Positions 42,691 to 55,039 of a stretch of 64,000 nt of DNA are shown piece by piece (the first letter of the stretch is position 1; the number at the start of each line of letters is the position of its first letter). The DNA lies in assembly GCA_964016885.1 (NCBI GenBank), contig OZ024741.1:329282001-329346000 (forward strand), read 5' to 3'. The notes below the pieces were generated by a model. That model did not search any database. It saw only the letters and a program-made list of their open reading frames with translations, and had not been told where the DNA came from. The translations under genes and the position numbers were made by a program. The stretch is from Eledone cirrhosa. Its lineage: Eukaryota.

Positions 42691-42864
42691 ATATATAATT
42701 AGTTACAACAGTCACATATACAGGTACTTAAGTTTCATTCGGTTATACATGCCAACTTATTCAGCCTCTTATATAAAGAAAGGTGGCCACTATAACGGTT
42801 GAATGTAATTTCTTTTGGAAAGAATATATGAGAGCTCTTCTAGTTTACCAAACATATACTACAG

Positions 42865-42937
<73 letters not shown>

Positions 42938-43513
42938 GTAGAAGGGGTATTTAATTTGTTGGAAGTCCGACATATTCTTATTAACTCAGTTAATTTAATT
43001 TAATTTAACTTCATATTTATTTACATTAAATACAAAACCAATATCCCTCATAACTCATTAGAACAATTATCTATAACATGATACCCATCTATTTATTTAT
43101 TTATTTATTTATGTATTTATGCATTTATTTATTTATTTATTTATCTACTTATAACAGAAGAAAAATATTATATTATAAACAAATTTTAAACAACTAATAA
43201 TAGTAAATACACGTACTATTAAGATATATACTTAGTATATATTTCCCTCAAATTAACGTTATATGAGTTTTTATTCATCTTCTCTTGTTTCTTTCTTCTC
43301 TCTCTCGCGCTATTTTATTCTTCTCCTCTTATCTCTTCTCTCTTTCCATAGTCGTTTTAATAAACGGTTGTTTTTCAATTATTTACATATTCATTTGCTT
43401 ATTCACACATAAGTTTGAAAAACCCCTAATATATTTCCACTATCCAGTGAATATCCAACCGATAAGGTATGATTTTCATGGGTATGTCTCTATTTATAAA
43501 ACAAACTTTGTAT

Positions 43514-43570
43514 ATTATCTGATGAAAGCGTACCAATGTGTCTTGGTACCCTTGAAATATATATAATAAA
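43514..43570 (+). ncRNA. Minimal type I hammerhead ribozyme in a PLE 3' fragment
   Basis: attat CTGATGA aag-c-gtacca..tggtac-c-ctt GAAA tatata TA ataaa. Confidence 0.75.
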
Positions 43571-43780
43571 ATAAAAATGGTATTATAAATATAGTTTCCA
43601 TTTATTTAATATCATTGTATATATACATGTAAGTATATATATATATATATATATAGTGGTAGAACGCTGGAAGGTAATATCCGTATGTATATGTATATAT
43701 ATCTAAAACATATCACTTCTAAAAAATTAATTCCATGTCCTATGCTCAAGGTATATATATATATATATATTTATATATAT

Positions 43781-43938
43781 AGGAACGAGTAGGACCCCGA
43801 CGGCTGAGCTCAAGCTTGAAACGGCTTGAGCTCAGCCGTCGGGGTCCTACTCGTTCCTATTACCCACTCTACTACCCTAAGTATTGAGTACTTTGGTGCG
43901 TTATGGTCCACCTGGTTCCTTACCACATTTCCTTCGTT
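43781..43938. mobile_element. Naiad pLTR head-to-head insertion in (TA)n
   Basis: Minus arm 43781-43815, plus arm 43816-43938. Confidence 0.85.
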
Positions 43939-43941
43939 ATA

Positions 43942-43986
<45 letters not shown>

Positions 43987-44193
43987 TTATATAATATATA
44001 TACTGCCAATTCTAATACATTTCCATTAACAGGGATTTCACATCAATGCTTTTAAAATATGCAATGCCAAACTCTTTCTGAAATTCATCTCCTCGTAGCG
44101 AGGTTCTTCCACACCTGTTGCGTGAAAAGCAATTTTGGATCAGACTAATTAAGAAATTTCATTTCGTCTTCATTGGCAATTGCTGCAACCTCT

Positions 44194-44244
<51 letters not shown>

Positions 44245-45321
44245 ATTTATTGTATTTGTGTGTTTATCCTTTTTTATCTTTTACTCTTTATAAAGTTGTT
44301 GTTTGTTTGCTTTTTATTTTTGTTTTGTTTTTTGTTTTTTGTTTTTTGTTTTTTTTTTGTTTTTTGTTTTGTATTTTGTTTTTTTCCAAGATGTCGATGC
44401 AAATCAAATAGGGGAAAATATAAGATTATATAGAAAATGGAACGAACCTCTATTCACATGTGAATAACTCAAACTTGACATTAGCAAACACACACACCTG
44501 TACAGTGCTATATTTTCTAAACGAAATTAAAACTAACACCGTGGACATGTTATACTAGCAGCTGTTTACCAGTCCTTGCAAATCCATATAATCATCATTG
44601 TATAGAAAAAAAATAGAAGTAGAAGGGTCTCAGTGTTACCCTTGTTGAGACGTTCAGTGTCCTGAGTTCCAATCATGTAATTTACTTGCCGTTGTTGCGC
44701 AGCCAGACTTGGTCTATGCGTTATCTTTATACACATAGATGATGTAACACCGTCGAGTAAGCTGCTGTTCCAGCGTTATCTGTCTGAGTTCAAGTCTTAC
44801 AAATGAATTAGCAGAATTCCACATATGTCGTTGTACAGGTGGCTGTTCTCCAACCAGGGGTTGATTCATACATCTTTGTATACAGAGAAATACAGTTGAC
44901 TAAGTCGTTTGCTGTTCCAATCCCGCTGATAGAGTCTTAAAAATTAGGAAATAAAATCGTTAGAGCGTTAGTATTGGTTCGAGCTATCTCTGCTCTAAGT
45001 TCAAATCATGTTTAGGTTACCTTTATCTTCATTCTGTCGAGGTTGATTGAATAATATTACTGATCCAGGGCGGTGGAGTATTTGAGGTGTTAAAGCTTCG
45101 AACGAGAAAAGTTGCGGTATTTGTTCTGGTTCTTTATGTTCTGATGTCAAATAATTCTGCCATGGCATATTTGGATATATTTCGGCGTCCAGTTTAACCC
45201 CACCACATTGTCATAGGATGCCTTTAGCGGAATCCCGTTTTGCAGGTAGATTCTTCCTACGAACAAGACTTTGTGACCTTAAAAACACTCACGGTACGGC
45301 CCTTCTCTTCCTGAATAAACA

Positions 45322-45367
<46 letters not shown>

Positions 45368-45371
<4 letters not shown>

Positions 45372-45520
45372 AAGGGTGTGGTAAAATACCAGGTGGACCA
45401 TAACCCACCAGAGTACTCGATATTTGGGGTAGTAGAGATGAAAAGATTCAGGACCCCGACGGCGTTCGGATTTAGCTGTTGAAACGGCCGGAGCTCAGCC
45501 GTCGGAGTCTTGAATCTTTT

Positions 45521-45522
<2 letters not shown>
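45368..45522. mobile_element. Third sequence variant of the Naiad pLTR module, head-to-head in (TA)n
   Basis: gaaacggc..gccgtcgg.gtc and the downstream ctctactac..gagtac..ggtcc acctggt..tacca are conserved despite divergence. Confidence 0.7.
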
Positions 45523-45611
<89 letters not shown>

Positions 45612-45651
45612 ATGTGTGTATGTGTGTGTGTGTATTGAGAGTACCAATTTA

Positions 45652-45708
45652 TTCTATTATATATATTTCAAGGGTACCAAAATTTTGGTACGCTATCATC
45701 AGATAAAA
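45652..45708 (-). ncRNA. Minimal type I hammerhead ribozyme
   Basis: tttat CTGATGA tag-c-gtaccaa aatt ttggtac-c-ctt GAAA tatata TA ataga. Confidence 0.7.
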
Positions 45709-46000
45709 TACGAAGTGTGTTTTATAAATTTTGACATAACCAAGGAGAATATACCTTAACGGTTCAAGGTATCCTTGGATAGTGAAGGGATAAGAGAAGA
45801 AAAGTCAGATATTTCAAATTATTAAGATCAGTATGCAAATGAGGTTTAGGTAAAAGGGTTGAAAAAACGTTATTTTAGACGCTATGTATTTTATATGATT
45901 CAAGTGTATTCGAAACATTTCCTAAGAAATTAACAGTTACCATTTTCAGACGTGCGCACACACGCACACGCACACACACATACACACACACAAACGCAAT

Positions 46001-46055
<55 letters not shown>

Positions 46056-46409
46056 CTAAGTAGGTGCGTATGTGTATATGTATGTATGTAATATATATAT
46101 ATATATGTATGTATGTATGTACGTACGTACGTATATATGTATGTATGTAATATGTGTATGTATGTATTACGTACGTATATATGTATGTTTGTACGTGTCT
46201 ATGAATCTATATTTTTATGAATACATTTCAAATGTTTTACATTCTCGAGGAAACCTTTGTATTCTTCAATATGTCAATGTTGTACTTTTAATATAATAAA
46301 ACATATTTGTCTTGAAAGAAATTATACAGGAAACTTTAAAGACAATCATTTCCATGGCAACAGTAAACAGAATGAAATATAGAAGATAAAGAGACGGATC
46401 TATAATAAT

Positions 46410-46825
46410 AATTGTTTCTACTTTTGGCAGAAGGCCAGCAATTATTCCAGTGTATTACTGGTACTTTATTTTATCGACCCCGTAAGGATGAAACGTAAAG
46501 TTAACCTCTGCCTTTAATAATAATTGTTTCTGCTATTGGCACAAGGCCAGCAATTAACCAGTACATTACTGGTACGTTATTTTATCGACCTCGTAAGGAT
46601 GAAAGGCAAAGTTAACCTCGGCGGGATTTGAACTCAGAATGGCAAGGGCCGTAACTCTATGCGTCAAAGCATGGCGTCTGACCTTCTACCGATACTGCCA
46701 ATTCACTGGCCCTGCCTTTAATAATAATGAAGTCTGATTTAGGCGCAAGGCCAAGAATTTTCGTGGAGTGGAAACTCGATTAAATCGACCCCAGTGCGTG
46801 ACTGGTACTTTATTTTATCGACCTA
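46410..46825 (-). mobile_element. Cluster of three family 1 SINE pieces
   Basis: Partial 46410-46510, full 46520-46715, partial 46735-46825. Confidence 0.8.
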
Positions 46826-47605
46826 GTAAGTATGATTGATAAATAGATAGATTGTGAGAGAGAAAAAGAGAGAAAGAGTGTGTTTGTATATGTGTGTATG
46901 TTTGTTGTGTGTATGTTTCTGTGTGTGTTTGTGTGTGTATGTTTGTTTGTTTGTGCATGTCTATGTGTGCCTGCTTCTGTGTGTATGTTTGTGTGTGCAT
47001 GTTTATGTGTGTATATTTGTGTGTGCATGTTTAAATGTGTATGTTTGTGTGTGCGTGTTTAAATGTGTATGTTTGCGTGTGCATGTTTAAATGTGTATGT
47101 TTCTGTGTGTATGTTTGTATGTACATGTTTATGTGTGTATGTTTGTGTGTGCATGTTTATGTGTGTATATCTGTGTGAGCATGTTTATGTGTTGTATATT
47201 TGTCTGTGCATGTTTCCGTCTTTATGTTTGTGTGTGCATGTTTATATGTGTATGCTTTCATTTACACATCTGTGATGAAACGCCACTATGTTAGTGCCAC
47301 TTTTAATTACCTCCTTTTAACAATTCAATTACGCACTATATGCAAATGAGCAACCCAAGCCTATGTTACATACACAAAATCATATATGATTTTGCCTATT
47401 TTTGACTCATTAGCGAGTAAGTGAATGTCACCGATGACGAATAAAAATCCAGAAATAGCTATCTAGCATTTTCCCTGCCACTGAGATAGATGGTACATGA
47501 TCACTGCTTCTAAAAGATATCATTGCGAGAGTCTCGTGAGTTTATCATACATAAACATGTCGCATGTCCTTTTATATATACCCCTAAGATAGATAGATAG
47601 ATATG

Positions 47606-49324
47606 TTTCTTTATTAGCCACAGGGGCACAAAAGAAGGGGACAATTACAAAGGGGGGAGTTTACATACAATAAAAACGTGTAAAATATTATCACAATTGT
47701 AAATTAGAAGTTAATCGATTTTCCCCAATAGGGGGAGACAGTTCATATGGGTAGCACATACCCCCGAAAAAAATGTGCAACCCTCATCTCCAGGAGTACG
47801 AAGCGTTTGTACCCCTTTCCTCTCTTCCTCTTTTTCCTCAACCTACAGGCTGATATAGAGAGAAGGCCCATTCACTCGGGCCATTCTCGCCACTTTCACC
47901 CACCTTTCATAAAACTTGTTGGGGTACAGCATCTCTCTCTCCATCCTGATTCTTCTTCCAAAGTGGTATTTGAAAAAAAGAATCAGTTTTGTCGGAGAGA
48001 AAGGTGTCTAACCTCAGCCCTTTTAACCTCGTCCACCATAAACCTCTTTCGCCATAGCTATCACACAAAGGAAAACCGCCTCTCCTTCGTTTTTGAAGGA
48101 GGGTGGCGGTTTGATCATGACAATGGACTCCGTGGTCAACCGGATTGGTCCCACCCGCAACAATAGTCGTTCTACATAGCCCCACAGGTCGGTAACGCCC
48201 GGGCAGTGTATGAATGCGTGCGCGACGGTTTCTTCGACTCGCACGCATCTCGGACAGATCTTTTTCGAAGGGTCCCTGCCCGGGCGCCCATGTCTGTAGA
48301 GCTTGTCTCAAATTGGTAGAGCTCCTCGGTAGCACTGCCAGGCCAGGGATTTTTGGAAGTTGTCCATCGGTCCCGGACGGGAGGTCCTACCGAACAGACT
48401 GGTCAGTTCGTCTTCCTCCACGCCTAGAGTTTCTCCGAGCGCGTCGTCGCACTTGCTGCGGATCAACCCTCTATAGAATGACGAAATGGAGTCTCTACTG
48501 ATCGCCGGGTCCGCCTGCCAGAGAGCTGTGAGCGCCTGAGCACATTCGATGTGGCAGTGGCCCATTTTCCTCGGTCTTTGCTTGACCCGGGACTGCAGCT
48601 CGGTAGCGACACGAGTCGTGGGAAGGCTCGCCTCACGAACGGGGCCCATACCGGTTGTCCGGTGAGGAATACGTAGAGATGCCGCAGCCTGAGCGCGTGT
48701 TTGCGCATCGTCAGCCACGGCAGCCCCAGCCCTCCGTTGGAAGGGTGTTGGCAGCAGATGGATCTTCTCACCAAAAGAGCCCGCTTCTTCCAAAGGAATT
48801 GGAAGAGCGCGCGCTCCATTTTGGTGAGCGTTTTCGCTGGACAAGGCACGATGATCAAGCGGTAGTAGATGACGGATGCTATAAAAGTGTTCGCCACCTC
48901 CGCTCGACCTTTCAAGGTTAGTTTGCACTCGGCCCACTTCTGGGTGAGTCCAAACACCTTGGCCGTCACCTCGTTCCAGTTCTTCTCAACCTGGAGGTCC
49001 GGACCAAACCAGACCCCGAGTAGCTTCACCGGTCCTACCGTCCAGCGTCCGACGACGCCATCGGAAGGCATCGGTATGCCTCTCCACGGTCCGAGTTGCA
49101 AACCAACGGACTTGTCCCGGTTCAGCTTAGCTCCTGTGAACCTTTCGTATTCCTTCAGTAAGGTGCCGACTTCCCCGATTTGCGAGGTGCTCGACACCAT
49201 TACTGTCACGTCGTCGTCCTAGGGCGACGCCGCTTTTCGGAGTCCCGGTTCCAGAGGGATGTCCTGCAATAGCTCCAACTTCCGCAGTAGTGGCTCGATA
49301 GTCAGTACGTACAGAAGGGAGGAG

Positions 49325-49325
<1 letters not shown>
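47606..49325 (-). mobile_element. Tx1/L1-like LINE, 5'-truncated, related subfamily of 22359-26475
   Basis: Homologous RT C-terminal half (LLGVWFGPDLQVEKNW, GGLGLP, CPRC); 3' aataaagaaa. Confidence 0.9.
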
Positions 49326-49401
<76 letters not shown>

Positions 49402-49578
49402 GGACAAAGAGACAGAATGAAAATTGGCACTAAATACTGAAAAAAAATTAGAAAGAGCGTAAAACTACATACATACATACATACATTTATATGTACAATA
49501 AATAAACGGAAACAACAAAGCAAACAACACAGTAAAATGAAGAAATATATTAGTCTAACGCTTGATACAGTAGGAAAA

Positions 49579-49614
49579 TCTTCACGTTTCGGACACTAAT
49601 CCTTCATCAGAAAA
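49579..49614 (-). ncRNA. Hammerhead-like motif, probably inactive (GUG triplet)
   Basis: tttt CTGATGA a gga ttagtg tcc GAAA cg TG aaga; more decayed copy at ~21805-21840. Confidence 0.5.
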
Positions 49615-49714
49615 TAGAATTAGAAACACGAGATGAAAAAGAATGATAGAGAGTGACAAGGGAAGGTAATAATAAATATAAAGACCAAAATGTACAGAAA
49701 ACTCGATAAGGTTG

Positions 49715-49757
<43 letters not shown>

Positions 49758-49836
49758 CGGAAGAAATGTGGTAAGGAACCAGGTGGACCATAACGCACCA
49801 AAGTGCTCAATACTTAGGGTAGTTGAGTGGGTAATA

Positions 49837-49950
49837 GGAACGAATAGGACACCGACGGCTGAGCTCAAGCCGTTTCGACGGCTAATTCTGGACTAAATGA
49901 AAATTGTTATCCTGGAATTTTAATAGCCGAGCTTCTCAAGGGGTAATTCC
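49837..49950 (-). ncRNA. Variant-core (UUGAGAA) extended type I hammerhead
   Basis: Same fold as 51396-51509, with one stem I mismatch. Confidence 0.7.
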
Positions 49951-51395
49951 ATATATGGTAAAAGGGATTGTCACAAGGATTGGTCAAAAGTTTGTTGTTG
50001 AGACATAATAATTCTATGATGGCAATTTGTTGAGGGAAGGGGTAGCTGAACCTGCCAGTAGGAGAAAGAGGGAAAGGGGGGAGGAGACCCAGTCATGCGT
50101 TGATAGTGCCGACTACAGCTGGGCATGAAGTCAAAGAAGATACTAGGGAGGGGGAGGGGGAGGAAGTCGAAACAATAAGTAAAACAATATGGGGTAAATA
50201 TATAGAAAAATAACGAGAGTGTTAAAAAGCAATTAACACAGATTGCGTAGGACTTACCTCGCCCTCAAACCCCATAATGACCCGGGGGGGTAGACTAGGG
50301 CTATAACACCCCACTTGCCGATTTTGTAATGGGTAACCCCTGCTTGCAAAGGTAGATGTAAGATCTTCTTTTATATCTTTTTATCGCTTCCTCTATATTT
50401 CCTTCTCCCCCCCCCCCATTCCTCCCTAGTCCTTCCACCCCAGTCCTCTTTCTTTGTCGTCGTCCCTTTCATTTTCTCGCCCACCCGAGGCAGCCCCTCG
50501 GTCCTTTGTAGCCTCAGTACCCCCACCCCCTTCCCCTATTCTATGATAGATTTGGCCGACTCCGCTTTTTATTGCAGATGTGTTAGACCCCGGATACTTG
50601 CCTTCTTATCCGACCGCTGCCCCTTTTCCGTGCTTTCTATATTTCTTAATGGTATCTTTGCTTTAATTTCTCGTATATCAGTATTCATTTATTTATTTGA
50701 GGGGGGGGGGGATTAATTTTCCGTATCAAATTTTACATATACTTCGTACGAGCATTTATGTTGTTTGCACTAGAAATTTTGTATCGTGGCGGCACCCTTA
50801 GAGATAGTATTAGTATTCTTTTTCGGGATTCTGAATTATTATTTCGTATTAGTTTACTTTTTTGCACTGGGTGGTTGCTGGTCTTGTGCCTGGGGTAGAA
50901 ACCTTTATTTATTATTTCGTGATAGTTTCTTTAGTATTTTGGCCCCTCACTTGTTGACCCGTCACCGTAAGATATACTCGGTTTATTACTTATACCTCTT
51001 AAAAGGGTCTCATTATAATTCCGTCCCACCTAGTAAACCTTTCTTTAGCCTAGCAATACCAGTGAGAGACTTAGGTCGTAGTAACCAGAAATTGTTTATT
51101 TTTTTACATTTAATTGCTTTTTAACACTCGGTATTTTTCTATATATTTACCCCATATTGTTTTACTTATTGTTTCGACTTCCTCCCCCTCCCCCTCCCTA
51201 GTATCTTCTTTGACCTCATGCCCAGCTGTAGTCGGCACTATCAACGTATGACTGGGTCTCCTCCACCCCCTCTCCCTCTTTCTCCTACTGGCAGGTTCAG
51301 CTACCCCTTGCCTCCACAAATTGCCATCATAGAATTATTATATCTCAACAACAAACTTTTGACCAATCCTTGTGACAATCACTTTTACCATATAT

Positions 51396-51509
51396 GGAAT
51401 TACCCCTTGAGAAGCTCGGCTATTCAAATACCAGGATAAAAATGTTCATTTAGTCCAGAATTAGCCGTCGAAACGGCTTGAGCTCAGCCGTCGGGGTCCT
51501 ACTCGTTCC
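51396..51509 (+). ncRNA. Variant-core (U3-A8) extended type I hammerhead ribozyme
   Basis: GGAA tt ACCCC TTGAGAA G ct CGGCTA..TAGCCG t C GAAA CGGCT tgagctc AGCCG TC^ GGGGT cctactcg TTCC; predicted cleavage after 51492. Confidence 0.75.
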
Positions 51510-51682
51510 TATAACCCACTCTACTACCCTAAGTTTTGAGTACTTTGGTGCGTTATGGTCCACCTGGTTCCTTACCACATTTCCTCCGTTATCTAGCTCC
51601 TATTCCCGTAGTAGAGCACTTTCCGACCCTACCACGCCGTATCCAGACTTTTCCGCTAAGCTCAAGTTCTTTCACCCGCACC

Positions 51683-53838
51683 ATGCGAAAACACAACATC
51701 GACTTCTCCACCAAGAACATCCCAGTCCCACCGAAAAAACTTTACCTTCGAATGCTCACGCAAAAAATCGATCTATTTGCGAAAAGACTTAGATGGAGAA
51801 CTTTTTTCTACGACAGATATTGCGACAATCAGGACTTCGGTACCAAGGAGAGATTCGGATTTACTACCTACAAATCTCTCCCTCCGAACCCTATGCTCTC
51901 ACCCTTCGAGAATGACCTTTTCCAACTGGTCAAGAACATTAAATTCAAACGCAGACACAACCGATTCCTACAAAAACTCCGTAGCAACTTAACAGAGTAT
52001 GATAACACCAATGACATCATGGTGCACTCGGATAAAACTGGTAACCTCTACTTTGTCAACCCCGACAGATACCACACACTGATCAGGAGCAGCCTAAACT
52101 CCACCTATAAAAAGGCTAACCACTCATGCATCGAGGACATAAATCGAGATGGACAACAAATTACCTCTAGCCTCGGGGTCGCCGACCGCACGAAACCTCT
52201 AGATCCACTGACACCCTACTTCACACTGAAGGACCACAAATCCGATTTCGACCGTAAACCTTCTATCAGGCTTATAAACCCAACGAAGTCCGACATAGGG
52301 AGAATCAGCAAAAAAAATCCTAGACCGCGTTATACCAAAAGTTAAGCAACACGTCCGACTTAGCCTATGGGTCAACACCCAGGAAGTAATCTCATGGTTC
52401 AGCAATATGGAGGCAAAACGAGACACTAAATTCATCCAGTTTGACATAGAGAGTTACTATGCTTCAATTACCTTACCACTACTTACGGCTGCCTTGGACT
52501 TCGCCGAAGCACTTGTGCCCATCACCGACCAGGAAAGAAACATCATCCTCCACGCCATGAAGACAGTCTTACTCTTCGACAACTCCAAATGGATAAAGAG
52601 AGCTCCCGACTCACCCTCCGACGTCAGCATGGGCGCGACGGATTCGGCTGAGGTCACAGATCTTATAGGATTATTCCTAATAGCCAAACTCACCGATATG
52701 TTTCCTGCATTCGGCGGTGGATTGTACCGTGATGATGGGCTCCTTACCATTAAAGAGTACAACCCCAGTAGTACAGATCGGGTCCGTAAACAATTAATCA
52801 GCTTCTTCCGCGACTGGGGATTTAAAATAACCCTACAAACGTCCCTGACCCGAGTAAACTTCCTGGACGTTACCCTTGACCTCGATAATGATCTGTACGA
52901 CCCATACAGGAAACCTAACGACAACCTGCACTACATCCACCGCAGGTCAAACCATCCTAGGAACATCACCAATAACCTGGTTAAAAACATCTCCCTCCGC
53001 ATATCCCGTTTGTCAGCTAATGATCAGATATTCGAGGAACATGCGCCTTATTACAACCAGGCCCTCAAGCGGGGTGGTTTCCGGGAGGAAATATCCTACT
53101 GTCCAGCTTCCATTAGCGGAACCAGCAGGCGACACCGCCGCTCACGCTATGTAACATGGTTCAATCTTCCCCCACAACGCCGATGTGACAACTCCTATCG
53201 GGAAAATCTTCTTTGGGCTCATTGAAAAACACTTCCCACTACAACACCGCTACCACAACATAATTAACAAAAATACCATCAAACTCTCTTACAGCACCAC
53301 ACCAAACTTTGCACAAAACGTCGTCTCCTCTAACAACAAAAAACTCAACCCCTATGGAAGAAATAACCTAAATAGCAGTGGAGAGCCGACCAGGAGGTGC
53401 AACTGTCCTGATGGATCCATTTGCCCCCTCGACAACAGATGCCGAGATCGTAATGTGATCTACCAGTGCAACGTGAGGACGGACACCTCCAACAAAACTT
53501 ATATAGGATTAACCGCATGTGACTTCAAGACCCGGCTATACCAACACAGACATACCTTCCGAAACCCGGCCCGGCGTCACGCCACTACACTTTCAGGCCA
53601 CATATGGGACTTCAAGGATAACAACATTACCTATGATCTCACTTGGAGCTTACTGTCCAGAGCCAACTCTTACACGGGAGGACGCCGTCCGTGCAATTTA
53701 TGCTCGGAGGAAACTTTACAAATGCTGTTTTCGACGGACCAACTCCTAAACAAGAAAGATGAACTGGTTACTGCATGTAAACACAGATTGCGTAGGACTT
53801 ACCTCGCCCTCAAACCCCATAATGTCCCGGGGGGGTAG
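51683..53838 (+). pseudogene. Naiad-type RT + GIY-YIG polyprotein with two homopolymer-associated frameshifts (~52315, ~53170)
   Basis: FSTKNIP, FAKRLRW, HSDKTGN, LKDHK, RLINPTKSDIG, FIQFDIESYY, LYRDDG, CNC..CPL..C, VIYQC..YIGLT, CNLC..E, LLNKKDEL..CKHR. Confidence 0.93.
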
Positions 53839-54676
53839 ACTAGGGCTATAACACACCACTTGCCGATTTTGTAATGGGTAACCCCTGCTTGTAAAGGTAG
53901 ACGTAAGATCTTCTTTTATATCTTTTTATCGCTTCCTCTATATTTCCTTCTTCCCCCCATCCCTCCCTAGTCCTTCCACCCCAGTCCTCTTTCTTTGTCG
54001 TCGTCCCTTTCATTTTCTCGCCCACCCGAGGCAGCCCCTCGGTCCTTTGTAGCCTCAGTACCCCCACCCCCTTCCCCTATTCTATGATAGATTTGGCCGA
54101 CTCCGCTTTTTATTGCAGATGTGTTAGACCCCGGATACTTGCCTTCTTATCCGACCGCTGCCCTTTTCCGTGCTTTCTATATTTCTTAATGGTATCTTTG
54201 CTTTAATTTCTCGTATATCAGTATTCATTTATTTATTTGGGGGGGGGGGGGGTTATTTTTCCGTATCAAATTTCACATATACTTCGTACGAGCATTTATG
54301 TTGTTTGCACTAGAAATTTTGTATCGTGGCGGCACCCTTAGAGATAGTATTAGTATTCTTTTTCGGGATTCTGAATTATTATTTCGTATTAGTTTACTTT
54401 TTTGCACTGGGTGGTTGCTGGTCTTGTGCCTGGGGTAGAAACCTTTATTTATTATTTCGTGATAGTTTCTTTAGTATTTTGGCCCCTCACTTGTTGACCC
54501 GTCACCGTAAGATATACTCGGTTTATTACTTATACCTCTTAAAAGGGTCTCATTATAATTCCGTCCCACCTAGTAAACCTTTCTTTAGCCTAGCAATACC
54601 AGTGAGAGACTTAGGTCGTAGTAACCAGAAATTGTTTATTTTTTTACATTTAATTGCTTTTTAACACTCTCGGTAT

Positions 54677-54905
54677 TGTTTGTTCTATGTGTGTGTGTGT
54701 TTTCATTTTGTCCTTAATTGTAAGTTGTGATGTTGCTGTTCCACTCATATTTTCTATTTAATTTTGGTTGTAATTCTTTTATGTTTATTGCCTCTGTGAT
54801 TTGCGTGTGTTTCTTATTGACAACATGACCCTCCCAAAGTATAACAATATCGGTTTCAACACACGATTTCAGATAAAGAATCTTGCTAAACAAATTCAGA
54901 AACGA
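54677..54905. mobile_element. PLE family C fragment with inverted 5' part
   Basis: 54677-54804 is the reverse complement of ~30968-31122; 54805-54905 matches 31462-31563. Confidence 0.75.
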
Positions 54906-55039
54906 TATATATATATATATGTATATATATATATTTATATATATAAATGAAGTAATTCCGTAAGAAAGGTAAAGGAAAGGAGAGTGCTCTATGTAGGCTA
55001 CAGACCTTTTTAGTTATGTAATAAACAACATAAGATAAT

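Larger units (their letters stand above)
49755..54676 (+). mobile_element. Young Naiad-type PLE locus: inverted pLTR + partial tandem unit + full ORF + truncated 3' UTR
   Basis: 49755-50236 is the reverse complement of 51110-51591; 50236-51135 is duplicated at 53781-54676. Confidence 0.92.

Noticed and set aside
50786-51124. Duplicated 112 aa ORF (also at 54326-54664)
   Set aside because: It has a GTG start and lies in the duplicated PLE 3' UTR, so the identity reflects recent duplication only.
51478-51792. Recurrent short [20 protein letters not shown]..
   Set aside because: It has a non-ATG start and is simply a translation of the repeated pLTR/ribozyme sequence.
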